Assembly: GCF_001194135.2 (NCBI RefSeq)
Contig: NC_068981.1
Coordinates: 174,151,386-174,215,385 of the forward strand
Source: Octopus bimaculoides
Taxonomy: Eukaryota
Reading direction: 5' to 3'
DNA: 64,000 nucleotides
Part shown: positions 1 through 11,695 of the stretch, piece after piece
Layout: the number at the start of each line of letters is the position of its first letter
Numbering within the stretch: position 1 is the stretch's first letter
The notes under the pieces: model-generated
Seen by the model: only the letters and a program-made list of their open reading frames with translations
Databases searched by the model: none
Told to the model about the DNA's origin: nothing
Made by a program: the position numbers and the translations under genes

Positions 1-38
<38 letters not shown>
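1..38. repeat. (TA)n microsatellite
   Basis: Pure alternating AT at window start. Confidence 0.98.
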
Positions 39-466
39 ACAAGATTGTCAATTGTTCGGCGACGGCCCTCCAAGATCAGGTTCATGAATTTTCATGATGT
101 TTTCATCCGATCGGGAGGTTGATAGACGCCCTGAATGGGATTGGTTTCATGCGACAAGTGACCATTCCTAAAGCGTGAAAACCACTCGTAAACTTGTGTT
201 TTGTTCATGGCAGCGTCCTTGTAAGCTTTTGGGAGCATGACAACTGTTTCGGCCACTGCTTTCTTCAGCAGAAAACAGAATTTCACGGAAGCACGCTGTT
301 CCTTCGTTTCAGCCATCGCAAAAATCGACGAACAGAGGAGAAGCACTGCAAAACAAAGACGCACCACATGGCAGTATGACCTCACTACACGATGCTACTG
401 GGAAGACTGATGCCTGAATGTCGCATCAAGTGGCTTCTAGCGGTTAATTTTGGGTAACCCCACGTA
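39..466 (-). mobile_element. mariner (Tc1/mariner) 5' fragment, frameshifted transposase N-terminus
   Basis: ORF 92..385 contains EQRASVKFCFLLKKAVAETVVMLPKAYKDAAMNKTQVYEWFSRFRNG (mariner HTH region). With frameshifts it continues as SGRLSTSRSDENIMKIHE/ILEGRRRTIDNL. Minus-strand end reads TA-CGTGGGGTTACCCAAAATTAACCG, a mariner-like TIR. Truncated by the (TA)n tract. Confidence 0.85.
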
Positions 467-711
467 TTATGTTCTTTTCTGTTTTCAATTATTTGGATTC
501 TTCCCCTAGAAGGAGCAAGTTTCTAACAAAGATACAACATTCTATCGTTGGTTTGTAAATCAAAGACAATGTCACATTTTAAACTTGAGAAAAGTCTTGC
601 ATATTTTATCTGTTCCACTTACAGACTGTGTTTGTTATGTGCGAGTTAAATGGTTGATTTCTTTTTCTAAAAACCTTAGCTTATCCACATTGTCATTTAC
701 TCACACTACTC

Positions 712-1090
712 ATGTATGTATGTATGTATGTATGTATGTATGTATGTATGTATGTATGTATGTATTATGTATGTATGTATGTATGTATGTATGTATGTAT
801 GTATGTGTGTGTGTATGTGCCTGTGTGTGTACGCGTGTACGTGTGTGTGTGTGTGTGTGTACGAATGTTTTTGTGTTTGAGTGTGTGTTTGTGTGGGTAT
901 ATGGGTGCATGTTAACAGAAGGAAAATGCTGCAGTAGTTAATTTTATGTCTAAAACCAAGAAACACACACATATACATTCACAGATACACACACTCACAC
1001 ACACACTCACACACACACATATACATTCACAGATACACACACTCATACACACACTCTCTCTCTCTCTCACACACACATACATACGCACAT
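712..1090. repeat. compound microsatellite (TATG)n/(TG)n then (CA)n/(CT)n
   Basis: Directly visible; explains ORFs 585..978. Confidence 0.95.
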
Positions 1091-1578
1091 GAACTCAAAT
1101 ATTTGATATGGCGAAAATCCAGAACATGATGGGAAAAATGTTATCTTTGGAATAAAGGATATCCAAGCAATTTCTATCGATTATTGATTACCATTAATGA
1201 AATTGATATTGATGAAAATCTCTTGTATGAAATTTACGTTTCGATCAGCGCAGACAAAACAAATTTTTAATGCAGTTTTGATTCCTTTAATTCTTCCTTT
1301 AACCATTTGTGTTCAGTGAACCGAATCCCGAGATTGAGTTGAATGTCTTGACTAAACAAATATGAATGGAAAATTAATCTTAAGATTCACAAAACATAAG
1401 CAAAAAGTCAATGAGAATTCTGCTTTGAGAATTAACATTTTGCTGTTCGTGTCATTTCATTATTGTTATTTTAGACTGAAAGGGAATTACTAGAATAATA
1501 GTAGGAGTGGTAGTAGCAGAAACAGCAGCAGCAGCAGTAACAGTAGTATTAGTAGTAGTAATAAATAATAATGATAAT

Positions 1579-1752
1579 GGTTCCAAATTTTGTCACAATG
1601 CTAGCAATTTCGGGAGTGGGGTTAAGTGGATTACATCGATCTCGAAGGGATGAAAAGCAAAGTCAACCTCGGCGGAATTTGTACTCCGCACATAAAAACG
1701 GAGAGAATGCCGTTTAGCATTCTGATCGGCGGGCTAACGTGTCTGACAGCTT
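1579..1752 (-). mobile_element. tRNA-derived SINE family A (degenerate)
   Basis: Reverse complement of family A: GAGTACAAATTCCGCCGAGGTTGACTTTGCTTTTCATCCCTTCGAGATCGATGTAATC...ATTTGGAACC(ATT)n. Confidence 0.8.
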
Positions 1753-1787
1753 GTTGAATTAATAATAACAACAGCAATAATGATAAT

Positions 1788-2006
1788 CCTTTCTACTATA
1801 GGCACAGGGTCTGAAATTTATTTTAGGAGAGGGGACTAGTCGATTACATCGACCCCAGTGTTTCACCGATACTTAATTCATCGATCCCGAAAGGATGAAA
1901 GGCAAAGTTGACCTCAGTGGAATTTGAACTCAGAGCGTAGTGGCAGATAAAATACCGCAAAGCATTTCGCCCGGCGTGTTAACGATTCTGCCAGCTCGCC
2001 GCCTTA
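1788..2006 (-). mobile_element. tRNA-derived SINE family A, full length
   Basis: Minus strand: TAAGGCGGCGAGCTGGCAGAATCGTT (A-box-like)...CTGAGTTCAAATTCC (B-box)...CTTTGCCTTTCATCCTTTCGGGATCGATG (Nin/Deu-like core)...CTATAGTAGAAAGG(ATT)n. Confidence 0.9.
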
Positions 2007-2012
2007 AATAAC

Positions 2013-2077
<65 letters not shown>

Positions 2078-2115
2078 TGATGATGATGATGATGATGATA
2101 ATAATAATAATAATA
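2007..2115. repeat. (AAT)n/(GAT)n microsatellite
   Basis: Directly visible. Confidence 0.97.
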
Positions 2116-2437
2116 GTTGCGAAAAGGAAGAAAGAAAAAGTCGATAAATATAACAGGTTAGCTTGGGAGGTTAAGCAGTTGTGGTCGCTGAAAAAAGTGG
2201 TAGTAGTACCAATAATTGTTGGAACCCTGGGAACAGTGAGTAAAAATTTTGAGAAGTACATGGAACAAATAGGGGCTGCAATAAAGGTGGAGCACTTGCA
2301 GAAAACAGCACTGCTTGGAACCGATCGAATACTCCGTATCGAGCTCGAAAAATAAGGGGTGTTACCTTAGTTCAGTGGTAGTGAACAGCTGACACCGTAG
2401 TACATCTCCAGCGTTAGAAGTTGTACAAAGACAATAC
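2116..2437 (+). mobile_element. 5'-truncated R4/Dong-like RLE LINE 3' end
   Basis: ORF 2074..2355 unique part AKRKKEKVDKYNRLAWEVKQLWSLKKVVVVPIIVGTLGTVSKNFEKYMEQIGAAIKVEHLQKTALLGTDRILR matches the RLE C-terminus (EK..KY, VVPI.VG.LG, LQK.ALLGTA.ILR). Short 3'UTR then (AAT)n; also preceded by (AAT)n. Confidence 0.88.

Positions 2438-2497
<60 letters not shown>
2438..2497. repeat. (AAT)n microsatellite / LINE tail
   Basis: Directly visible. Confidence 0.97.
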
Positions 2498-2498
<1 letters not shown>

Positions 2499-2712
2499 GT
2501 TTCAAATTTTGAAACAAGATCAGCAGTTTTGGGCGAAGGGGTAAGTTGATTATATCGACTGCAGTGGTTACCTGGTACTTATTTTATCGACCCCGACAGG
2601 GTAAAAGGTAAAGTCGACCCCGTCAGAATTCGAAATCAGAGCGTAAAGACGGATGAAATACAACTAAGTAGTTTGTCCGGCGTGCTAATGATTCTGCCTA
2701 CTCGCTGCCTTA
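2498..2712 (-). mobile_element. SINE family A, full length
   Basis: Same head, core and tail as 1788-2006 with the AAATTTGAAACC(ATT)n tail variant. Confidence 0.9.
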
Positions 2713-2718
2713 ATAATG

Positions 2719-2779
<61 letters not shown>

Positions 2780-2795
2780 CAATAATAACAATCAG

Positions 2796-2831
<36 letters not shown>

Positions 2832-2832
2832 T
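2713..2832. repeat. (AAT)n-(AAC)-(CAT)n microsatellite
   Basis: Directly visible; source of the poly-N/poly-H ORF 2673..2945. Confidence 0.97.
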
Positions 2833-3461
2833 GTAGACTTACCCAGAGTAATTCTCCATTGGTTTTGACTCTGGAAATAATTTATCAATATATCAGCAAG
2901 GGAATTGTTTTATTGGGAGAGATCATGAGTTTGAACGATCAATAATTTGATATTAACTCGAAGTTCCGATATTAATTTCTCACTTGACGTACTTTCTGCC
3001 CCATAAAATTAAAATCGTTTCAATCACCGATTTCTCAAACGATAAATTATGCTCGGAAGTTCGGCACAGGTTGTGCTGATTCTACACTCTGAATGAAATT
3101 TATGATGCAATATGGGAACCTCTACCTCCAGGAACAAAAAAAAAAAAAAAAAAAANNNNNNNNNNNNNNNNNNNNNNNNNNNNNNNNNNNNNNNNNNNNN
3201 NNNNNNNNNNNNNNNNNNNNNNNNNNNNNNNNNNNNNNNNNNNNNNNNNNNNNNNNNNNNNNNNNNNNNNNNNNNNNNNNNNNNNNNNNNNNNNNNNNNN
3301 NNNNNNNNNNNNNNNNNNNNNNNNNNNNNNNNNNNNNNNNNNNNNNNNNNNNNNNNNNNNNNNNNNNNNNNNNNNNNNNNNNNNNNNNNNNNNNNNNNNN
3401 NNNNNNNNNNNNNNNNNNNNNNNNNNNNNNNNNNNNNNNNNNNNNNNNNNNNNNNNNNNNN

Positions 3462-3495
<34 letters not shown>

Positions 3496-4311
3496 CATTT
3501 ATATATATTTATGTGGGTGTATGTATATATATATATATATACATACATATACACACATACATGCGTTATACATATATATATATATATATGTGTGCGTGCG
3601 CACGCGCTTGAATGTGTGTGTGTGTGCGCGCGTTTGTGTGTATGTATGTATTTATGTATGCGTGTCAATAGTATGATTTTACTTTACATATGGATAGTCA
3701 GGAAGAGAATAGGGAAGTAAGTCATGAAAACTTTATATTTATAGAAAACAATATCAGAGTTTGGGTCTCATACTCTCAGCATAGGTATGGATAACTGCAG
3801 TTAAAAATAATCGATGTAAATGGTTACCTGGATTCATCTTCAATTTGTCAGTTGATCGGAAGACAATATTGTCTTACGACATTTTCTTAGTCCTGAGTTC
3901 TTAGTTCTGAGTTCAAATGTCCCTCTCCAAGTGTTGCTAAAATTATCACCCGTTGTTGTCGTTGTTGTATAACCCCAAATCATTTGTGGTGCACGTTGAT
4001 AGTCGATAGTCAGAGTGACAAATCCATTGCTATACCTTCAAACTAGTGTAGATCGTATTGCATACTCCACCCTGCATTGTTTTGTTTGAGGGGTTTCAGT
4101 ATAATAGGATGTTGATGCTGCATTTTTATCTTTTGTTTTCTGTAAGCCTGTAGGTTGTAGTGGAGGTTACAGTTGAGACGGGTAAGGTTTACGCAATCAA
4201 AGCGTGACATTTTCTGTTGATCTTCACTTGTTGGCGGGTTACAGCGTTTGGGCTCTTGCGTTCATTGAAACCGCTGTCATATGTGTATATGCTTTTTATG
4301 CTTGTGTAGAA

Positions 4312-4736
4312 CTGTGTTTCCCAACCTATTTTCCCAAGGTTCCACTATAACTTTTCAGAAAATGTGCTGAGGTCATCTCTACAGGTTTTCTATAGAAATC
4401 ATTGCCAGCAATGATTTTGTCAGGTTTCGTTACACAGTTTGACTTATAAAAACATTTCAGTAAAAATGTGTCCCATCGGTAGTTGAAAAAAACAACAACA
4501 ACCTTATTTTAAATATTTTATCACAAGTATTCAATACAAAAGAATCTACTGGTAACTCTTTCTTTAAGTACTGAGTACAAAAAAGTACACAGTTTACTAA
4601 AAAAAAAAAAGATTTTCACAATTCTATGTCCCACAAAAAGAAAAAAGAAAAGAAAGAAGAATTTGGATGCCACGCTCCACCACAATTTTTCCAAGCACTA
4701 CCGGTGGGGGCGTATGTTCCACATTGGGAATCACTA
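4312..4736. mobile_element. hAT (Charlie-like) MITE, degenerate
   Basis: Left end CTGTGTTTCCCAACCT; right end reverse complement TAGTGATTCCCAATGT (CAGTGGTTCCCAA-type TIR). Flanking 8-mers GTGTAGAA and ATATAGAG both fit the NTNTAGAN hAT target pattern. Confidence 0.6.
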
Positions 4737-5049
4737 ATATAGAGTTAGTGGAAACGTAAAAAACTCATGATGGAGTTGTGTTCGTATTATGAGCATAACG
4801 TTGCAACGCCTGTTTGTATGGGGCTGTGAGTGAGTAAGAAGTGACAAGGACTGTAGAAGTTGGGCTGTAAAGGAAGTGTCTTGTGTTTTGTCTAGCGTAT
4901 GTATCAGTGGTAAGTCAGTTGCTGAAATGAAGTCAAAAGAATTACTGATGTCAATAGTAATTTATATGATTCATATAATGTTTTGTTGATGTTCTAATCA
5001 TGTTCTAATCACAATACATTCTATGTGGAAGGTTTTTGGAGTAATACAC

Positions 5050-6130
5050 TGGTTGATTGTAGTGGTTTGACTCCATATTCCAAGTGGAAATTAGGAATGT
5101 GTGGATTAACGGGATCAAGAATGACATTTTCTAGAATATTTGAAGGTGTTCATAAGTGAAGAGAAAAGTTTGTCAGATATTGTTTCGGTTGGGTTCTTTT
5201 GGGTTTTAGGATTAAAATTTCTCCTAGTTTCTAGGTTCTCTAATTTGGCCGTGTTGGTATAGTATTTGAAGATGTCAATGAGTGCAAAAATTTCTTCAGG
5301 CACTCGGTGTATATTTGTGATTTCCTTAAACTCTCACTTTAGATTTCCTTATCTCTTTTCTGGTATTTGAATGAGAAGAGATAAGTCACAGTCGTGGTCT
5401 CATCTGTTTATGTTTGTGTTTTTGTATTAGTTTTGTTGGCTGATTTTTGAAAAGCGTTTGATAAAAGAATTTGATTACTGTTGAATTGTGGACGTGCTAC
5501 TACTTGGTGGTATATGTTGGGCACAAATACTGGGTTCAAATTTTAGCACAAGGCCAGCAATTTCGGGGCAGGAGATAAGTCAATTTCATCGATTCCATTG
5601 CTCATCTGGTACTTATTTTATCATCGACCTCCGATAGGATGAAAGACAAAGTCGACGGAATTTGAACTCAGAACATAAAGACGGACGAAATACCACTAAG
5701 CATCTCACTCTACTTGCTTACAATTCTGCCTGCTCGCCGCCTTAGTTGGACACAAAGATTGATCAGGTTTCTGCTGTTCCTTGTTTTTTTTTCTATTTTC
5801 TTTGTTATATCCTTTCTTTATTGTTTTATTTGTTGTGAGTGTTGTCATATTGTGTCTGAGATAGCACCGAAGAAACTAACAATTTCAGGTGTATTGTTGG
5901 GATTGTGTTATATTTCATATATTTAGAAAATTCTATGTCTATTTTGTTGAGTGTATGCACTGCAGTATCTTTGTTGTGGATTATTCTGTTGTGAATCCTA
6001 CGAATTTAATTCTTTCTCTTGGAATTTAATTTTTTCTCTCATGGTTTCATTAGAACTTTTTCAGTTTGTGAAAGTATTTTCTTTCGTTCAATGATGTCTG
6101 AGTTTGCTGTGAGGAAGATGCGCTAGTACT
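5050..6130 (-). mobile_element. degenerate Penelope-like element N-terminal/RT remnant (interrupted by a SINE)
   Basis: Minus-strand fragments IDIEFSKYMKYNTIPT, ALIDIFKYYTNTAKL and NPHIPNFHLEYGVKP loosely resemble the Penelope ORF N-terminus and the NP..P.LYG.PK motif; many stops. Confidence 0.35.
5532..5744 (-). mobile_element. SINE family A
   Basis: Head TAAGGCGGCGAGCAGGCAGAATTG, B-box CTGAGTTCAAATTCC, core and CCTTGTGCTAAAATTTGAACC tail on the minus strand. Confidence 0.88.
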
Positions 6131-6346
6131 CAGAGGCAAGATGGGGAATTAATTGCCGTATGTTTATAATGATTAAATGTGATCAGAAGAAAGAGCTGAT
6201 TGGAGAGGAGCTGCGATTCGTTTGATGAGAAATGTAGATAAATTAGCGTCAGTTGTTTATAATGAAGAAAAAAGACCAACAACTTACATTTGATGAATTT
6301 GATGTGATTATGTTCCCTTTTCTTGTATTATTGTTTTTGTACTAGT

Positions 6347-6552
6347 ATGCGAGCTGGCAGAATCATCATTATACCTCGGACAAAACTGCTTAACGACATT
6401 TCTTCTAGTTCCTTACATTCTGAGTTCAAATGTCGCCGAAGTCGATTTTGTCCTTCATCCTTTCGCTGTCGATAAAATAATGTATCACTCAAGTAATGGG
6501 GTCGAAGTAATCGACTTTTTCATCCCCTAACCTTGTGCCATAACAGGAAAGA
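6347..6552 (+). mobile_element. SINE family A
   Basis: GCGAGCTGGCAGAATC...CTGAGTTCAAATGTCGCCGAAGTCGATTTTGTCCTTCATCCTTTCG...GGGGTCGAAGTAATCGAC...CCTTGTGCC. Confidence 0.85.
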
Positions 6553-7326
6553 ATTATTTTTGTACTAAGATGTACTCTGTGCATTAATCTTCTGACGAGA
6601 GTGTTTGGAAATATCTCAGCATTGAGGGAAGATTTGTGGTGTTGAAAGCAGTGTGTATAAGTGTTGGTGTGCATGCGTTTATGTCATGTTACTGAATCTC
6701 ATATTTCATTTTGAACTAATCCTGTATTTTTGATGAGTTGTTATGCCGGATTCATGTTCAAGTGTTGTTTGTAGTATTTTAAATATATATATAATGAAAC
6801 TTTCATGAGGACTACGTTATCAATTGTGTATTTCCTTTGTAACTCAGAAGGGAGTGATTTGGCTGCTAATTCCTGAAGCTTTGACAACCGCAAATCTACA
6901 GTTTTGTTGGCTAGAAATATTTCCAGTGCTATAGGGTTGATAACTCATTTGAATTTACTCAGCATACAAAGAACGACATTGAACATATTGGACAGTCAAT
7001 AATTTCAATAGGAAATTTCGGGACAAGAGATCTGTAAATATAGTAAAGAATCAAAACAGCCATCTTTGTATCATACTTAATGCATACACACTGTTGATAA
7101 GCCAGTTACAACTGTATTTTTCCCAAGGTAACATTTCATATGGTTAGGCTGTGTTATTTATTGGGCATATCTGGCTCTCTCATTGGCTGTTGCTGGGACG
7201 AATTTTCATCTCTCTCTGATATTTATTTATGTGTTAAAAACACACGTGTTTTTAACACAGAAAGAGATGTTTTAACACAGAAAGAGATGTTCATAAGATA
7301 TGTTATCTTAAGACAAATACTGCAAT

Positions 7327-7660
7327 GTCTGGCCTATCAACAGCGTGTCGGGCTCACAATCATGAGGTAGTGAGATCGATTCCCTGACCGGACTGTGTAT
7401 TGTGTTCTCGAACAAGACACTTTATTTCATGTTGCTTCAGTTCACTCAGCTGTAGAAATGAGTTGTGACGTCACTGGTGTCAAGCTGTATTGGCCTTTGT
7501 CTTTCACTTGGATAACATTGGTGGCGTGGAGAGGGGAGGCTGGTATACACGATCGACTTCTGGTCTTCCATAAACAACCTTGGCCCAGACTTGTGCCTAG
7601 GAGGGGAACTTTCTAGGTGCAATCCCATGACCATTCATGACCAAAGGAGGTCTTTACTAT
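7327..7660 (+). mobile_element. tRNA-derived SINE family D
   Basis: Degenerate tRNA head (GGGCTCACAATCATGAGGTAGTGAGATCGATTCCC), then core GAACAAGACACTTTATTTCATGTTGCTTCAGTTCACTCAGCTG shared with 60798-61106, then a different 3' tail. Confidence 0.8.
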
Positions 7661-9263
7661 TTTTTTCACCCTTTATGGTTATTTTAATTAAACACTGCTT
7701 GAATTGTTCATGTCGGATAACAAAGAATGATTAATACAAATTTTCAAGTCGAAATGTTTTTTTTACTGAAAATTAATTATGAAAGTGCAACTCGAGAAAT
7801 AACATTATTCAGTTACAGTGGAACTGTCTAGACTACTGAAAACATGTTAGAAAACAAGGAATATCAGAAAGAACAGTTTCTAACAGTCTAAAATATCATC
7901 AATGGCGTTTGGCATTATTTGATATTGACTTAATTGATTAAATTTATATTGAATTTCATAGTTATTGTTCTTTGAGTGTTGTTGTTGTTGTGATAGTGAT
8001 GGTGTATCTCAAAATTAACTCTGATTGTGCAGACCATGGCTGTGTAAGTGGTTGACTGATAGACTAAGTGTAATTAGTTATCATATTTTTCAGGTGTAGG
8101 TGTTTGTCGTGTAACCCATTTACTCTCTCAATCATCGCCGAAGACTTCATAGGTTTATATAAATGTATTACAATATTGCATCACTTTACAAGAAATTTAT
8201 TCTCTCTTCGTATAACAACAACAGCAGCTGCAACAACAACAACAACAATAACAAAAATCCCCCAAAATTGAATTCTCAAAACACCCGAGTTGTTTGAGAA
8301 CTCAATTTGAGAGTGTCTGCGTGTTTTGAAAGCTACAATGGTCATCGTCTTTACAACCGCCTGACTTCTAAAAATAGCAGCTAGACACACTCAACCCACA
8401 CCTAACTATCTTTAAAAGAAATATCACGTGGGACTACTTAGTCCTCCAGCTTCAGAGGGTCACAACTGAAATGCTTTTGATTATAACCCTCTATCTAACT
8501 GATCGAGGCTGTTCTCAGGTAAACGATAAAATAAATATAATTTTATGGTTATTTATTTAGCGCAGTAAAGAAATTCGAACTGCCCACATTTTGCTAGGCT
8601 GCCTAGAGTTACTGTGACATTTCTTTTTGAAGCTACAGTTAAGAAATGATTCTCAATATTGTCTTTATCAATGTCTTCTGATATTTTCTCTGGTGATTTA
8701 TTTTCCGAAATTCATGTATTCAGCAAAGTAAATCTTCTGAATTCAAACTGTAAATATACACATCGCAGCTTATTTTATCCGAATTAATCCTAAGATTAAT
8801 CAAATACTCCGATCTGAATCGGAATTCGAAATTTTGTTATTATTAAAATGTGATTTAAAAATACAACTTTCTGATTGAATCGCATTATAAAGTTCTATTG
8901 TATTTTAAGTAGCAGACTAGTAGTCTCTTCTTATACTATATAAGCTGTTGATATCTTCCTTTGTGTAATTTGTAGCTTTAACGGAAACAATGATTTCAAA
9001 TAGACTAAAGTAAAGAGTCTCTAGACCTTGGCTTGTCGAATTACACGGAATCGATAATTAAATTAGTATTTCTGTTGATTAGATCTCGACCGTTTTGGAA
9101 CACGCCACACACACATAAATTCATACATACACACAGATACAACGACGCGTATATTAAGACTCATATAGACACATACATAAGACTTAGCTTTGTTATAAAC
9201 TCCACAGCGAATTTTTATAAAGAAAATGTTAACAAAATAAGAGATACACGAACACACAAAAGT

Positions 9264-9307
<44 letters not shown>

Positions 9308-9489
9308 TGTGTATAAGCATGTATTTGTGAGTTTACGCGGAAATAAATATTTCTGTGTAATTGGGGTCTTTTTGAGTTGTTTGTATATGTTTTATTTTTA
9401 ATTTTCATTATTTGAATTCTTCCAATTAAGTAGAGAGCTAGTTTCAAACAAACAAAACTCCTTCGCTGCACTTTTTATGACAACAACGG

Positions 9490-9870
9490 CGAAGAGTTTC
9501 GTGATGAACAGATTATATTTGCAAATTGCGAGTTAACTTGTCACTTTCTTTGCCTAAAAATCCCAGCTTTTCGAAATGGGCCACTGAAACATTTACTAAC
9601 ATAGTTTGTGAATTTATAATAGTAACTGTCGGTTACTGTCGAAGTGGTTGTCCGTAAACATTCTCTTTCTCACTGATTTTGATAAAAATGCTCACAACTA
9701 CAGAAGAGCTGACCTCTATAGCTCTATATAATGTTTCTTTTCTGCTCAAAGGAACTATATCAGACTTGTTATATCTGAATTTGGCGGAAGTTTTGACGAG
9801 AATATTCCACTGATATTCCTTCTGTTGAAGTGTTTCAGATCCGCAGGATTCGAACCATATTAAGAGTTCT
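9490..9870 (-). mobile_element. RLE LINE family 2, endonuclease/C-terminal fragment
   Basis: EYQWNILVKTSAKFRYNKSDIVPLSRKETLYRAIEVSSSVVVSIFIKISEKENVYGQPLR (degenerate HNKPD...IEVS RLE motif), then FEKLGFLGKESDKLTRNLQIISV, homologous to 35895-36070. Confidence 0.6.
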
Positions 9871-9905
<35 letters not shown>

Positions 9906-11139
9906 NNNNNNNNNNNNNNNNNNNNNNNNNNNNNNNNNNNNNNNNNNNNNNNNNNNNNNNNNNNNNNNNNNNNNNNNNNNNNNNNNNNNNNNNNNNNNNN
10001 NNNNNNNNNNNNNNNNNNNNNNNNNNNNNNNNNNNNNNNNNNNNNNNNNNNNNNNNNNNNNNNNNNNNNNNNNNNNNNNNNNNNNNNNNNNNNNNNNNNN
10101 NNNNNNNNNNNNNNNNNNNNNNNNNNNNNNNNNNNNNNNNNNNNNNNNNNNNNNNNNNNNNNNNNNNNNNNNNNNNNNNNNNNNNNNNNNNNNNNNNNNN
10201 NNNNNNNNNNNNNNNNNNNNNNNNNNNNNNNNNNNNNNNNNNNNNNNAACTTTTAACATGGTTCGAATCCTGCAGATCTGAAACACTGCTTACCTAATGA
10301 CCAGATTGAAACATGTGTAGGCACTTTTTATATTTTTTTCTGTTAATTTATGTTCCTTTTAATTTTATTTGCATTAAATGGTTTGCTATGTTTTTATCGA
10401 GATGCAAATAAAAAAGTATCCACTATATTTTTTCTCCATTTTCTTACATCAATATATATATATATATATATATATATTACCGTTGGTGATCCTGTATCCA
10501 TATATGCATATGTATATATTTCTCTTTCTCCTGTTCTCTCTCTCGTTGCTCACACGTGACCATCGTCCATCTTTCTTTTCCTCACGTGATCATCTTTTTT
10601 TTCTTTCAGAACTGTCCTAACGACTGGACGTATCCTATTTCTCTCTCTTCTATCTTTTCTCTTGTAAAAGAAAATATTTCTCCAGCGTTCGCTATTTTAC
10701 ATTTGTTCTGATCTAACGACCTTCCATATTTGTTTTCGTTCGGTTTCCTTGTATGTCTCCATTGTCCTGTGTTTGTTCTCAGTCGTGTTCTAGATTATCT
10801 TTGCAATTTCGGCTGGTTATACTCGAGATTGCTCCAATCTGGCCAGCCCCAAGGAAAAACTAAGCTAAGAGCACTAGATTCCTTGGAAGAAAGCAGCGAA
10901 TGTGTACGAAAACAAGGACAGTTAAAACGAAGAAACGGTACACAAATACAAATGCAAATAAAAGACATTAACAACAGGTGTCTTTCGACTAAGGACTACT
11001 CTCCGGTAGATATATATAGCGCAATGACTCCAAAAATTGTATTAAGATTGTCCTATTAACTCTAATTAATTAATTAATCATCTGCTATTTTAATACAAAA
11101 ATTTCCACAATAACAATGCTATGAATATATTATATGTTA

Positions 11140-11695
11140 TGAACGTTCTGAGTTAAAATACTGCCGAGGTTGACTCAACCTTTCATCCGAGATCGATAAA
11201 ATAAGTACTCTTTTACTCTTTTACTATTTTACTTGTTTCAGTCATTTGACAGCGGCTATGCTGGAGCACCGCCTTTATAGTCGAGCAAATCGACCCCAGA
11301 GCTTATTCATTGTAAGCCTAGTACTTATTCTATCGGTCTTTTTTGCCGAACCGCTAAGTTACGGGGACGTAAACACACCAGCATCAGTTGTCAAGCAATG
11401 CTGGGGGGGGGGACAAATAAACCCACAAACACACACATACATATATANNNNNNNNNNTCCAGTTTCCGTCTACCAAATCCACTCACAAAGCTTTGGTCGG
11501 CCCGAGGCTATAGTAGAAGACACTTGCCCAAGGTGCCACACAGTGGGACTGAACCCGGGACCATGTGGTTGGTAAGCAAGCTACTTACCACACAGCCACT
11601 CCTGCGCCTAAGTATCAATTGAGGACTTGGGTCGATGTTATCGACTTACCCCTCCCTTGAACTTGCTGGCTTTGCGCCCAAATTTTAAATCATTA
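11140..11695 (+). mobile_element. SINE family A split by a nested family B insertion
   Basis: 5' part 11140-11205 (GTTCTGAGTTAAAATACTGCCGAGGTTGACTCAACCTTTCATCC...GATAAAATAAGTA) resumes at ~11609 (TAAGTATCAATTGAGGACTTGGGTCGATGTTATCGAC...AAATTTTAAATCATTAT). Confidence 0.8.
11206..11609 (-). mobile_element. tRNA-derived SINE family B, full length with internal microsatellite
   Basis: Minus strand: AGGCGCAGGAGTGGCTGTGTGGTAAG...GGGTTCAGTCCCACTGTGTGGCACCTTGGGCAAGTGTCTTC... internal (TA/TG)n ... CAGCATAGCCGCTGTCAAATGACTGAAACAAGTAAAA(GAGTAAAA)n. TSD TAAGTA. Confidence 0.92.

Noticed and set aside
3950-4300. Possible CR1-like 3' end on the minus strand with (ACA)n tail
   Set aside because: No convincing peptide motif recovered by eye.
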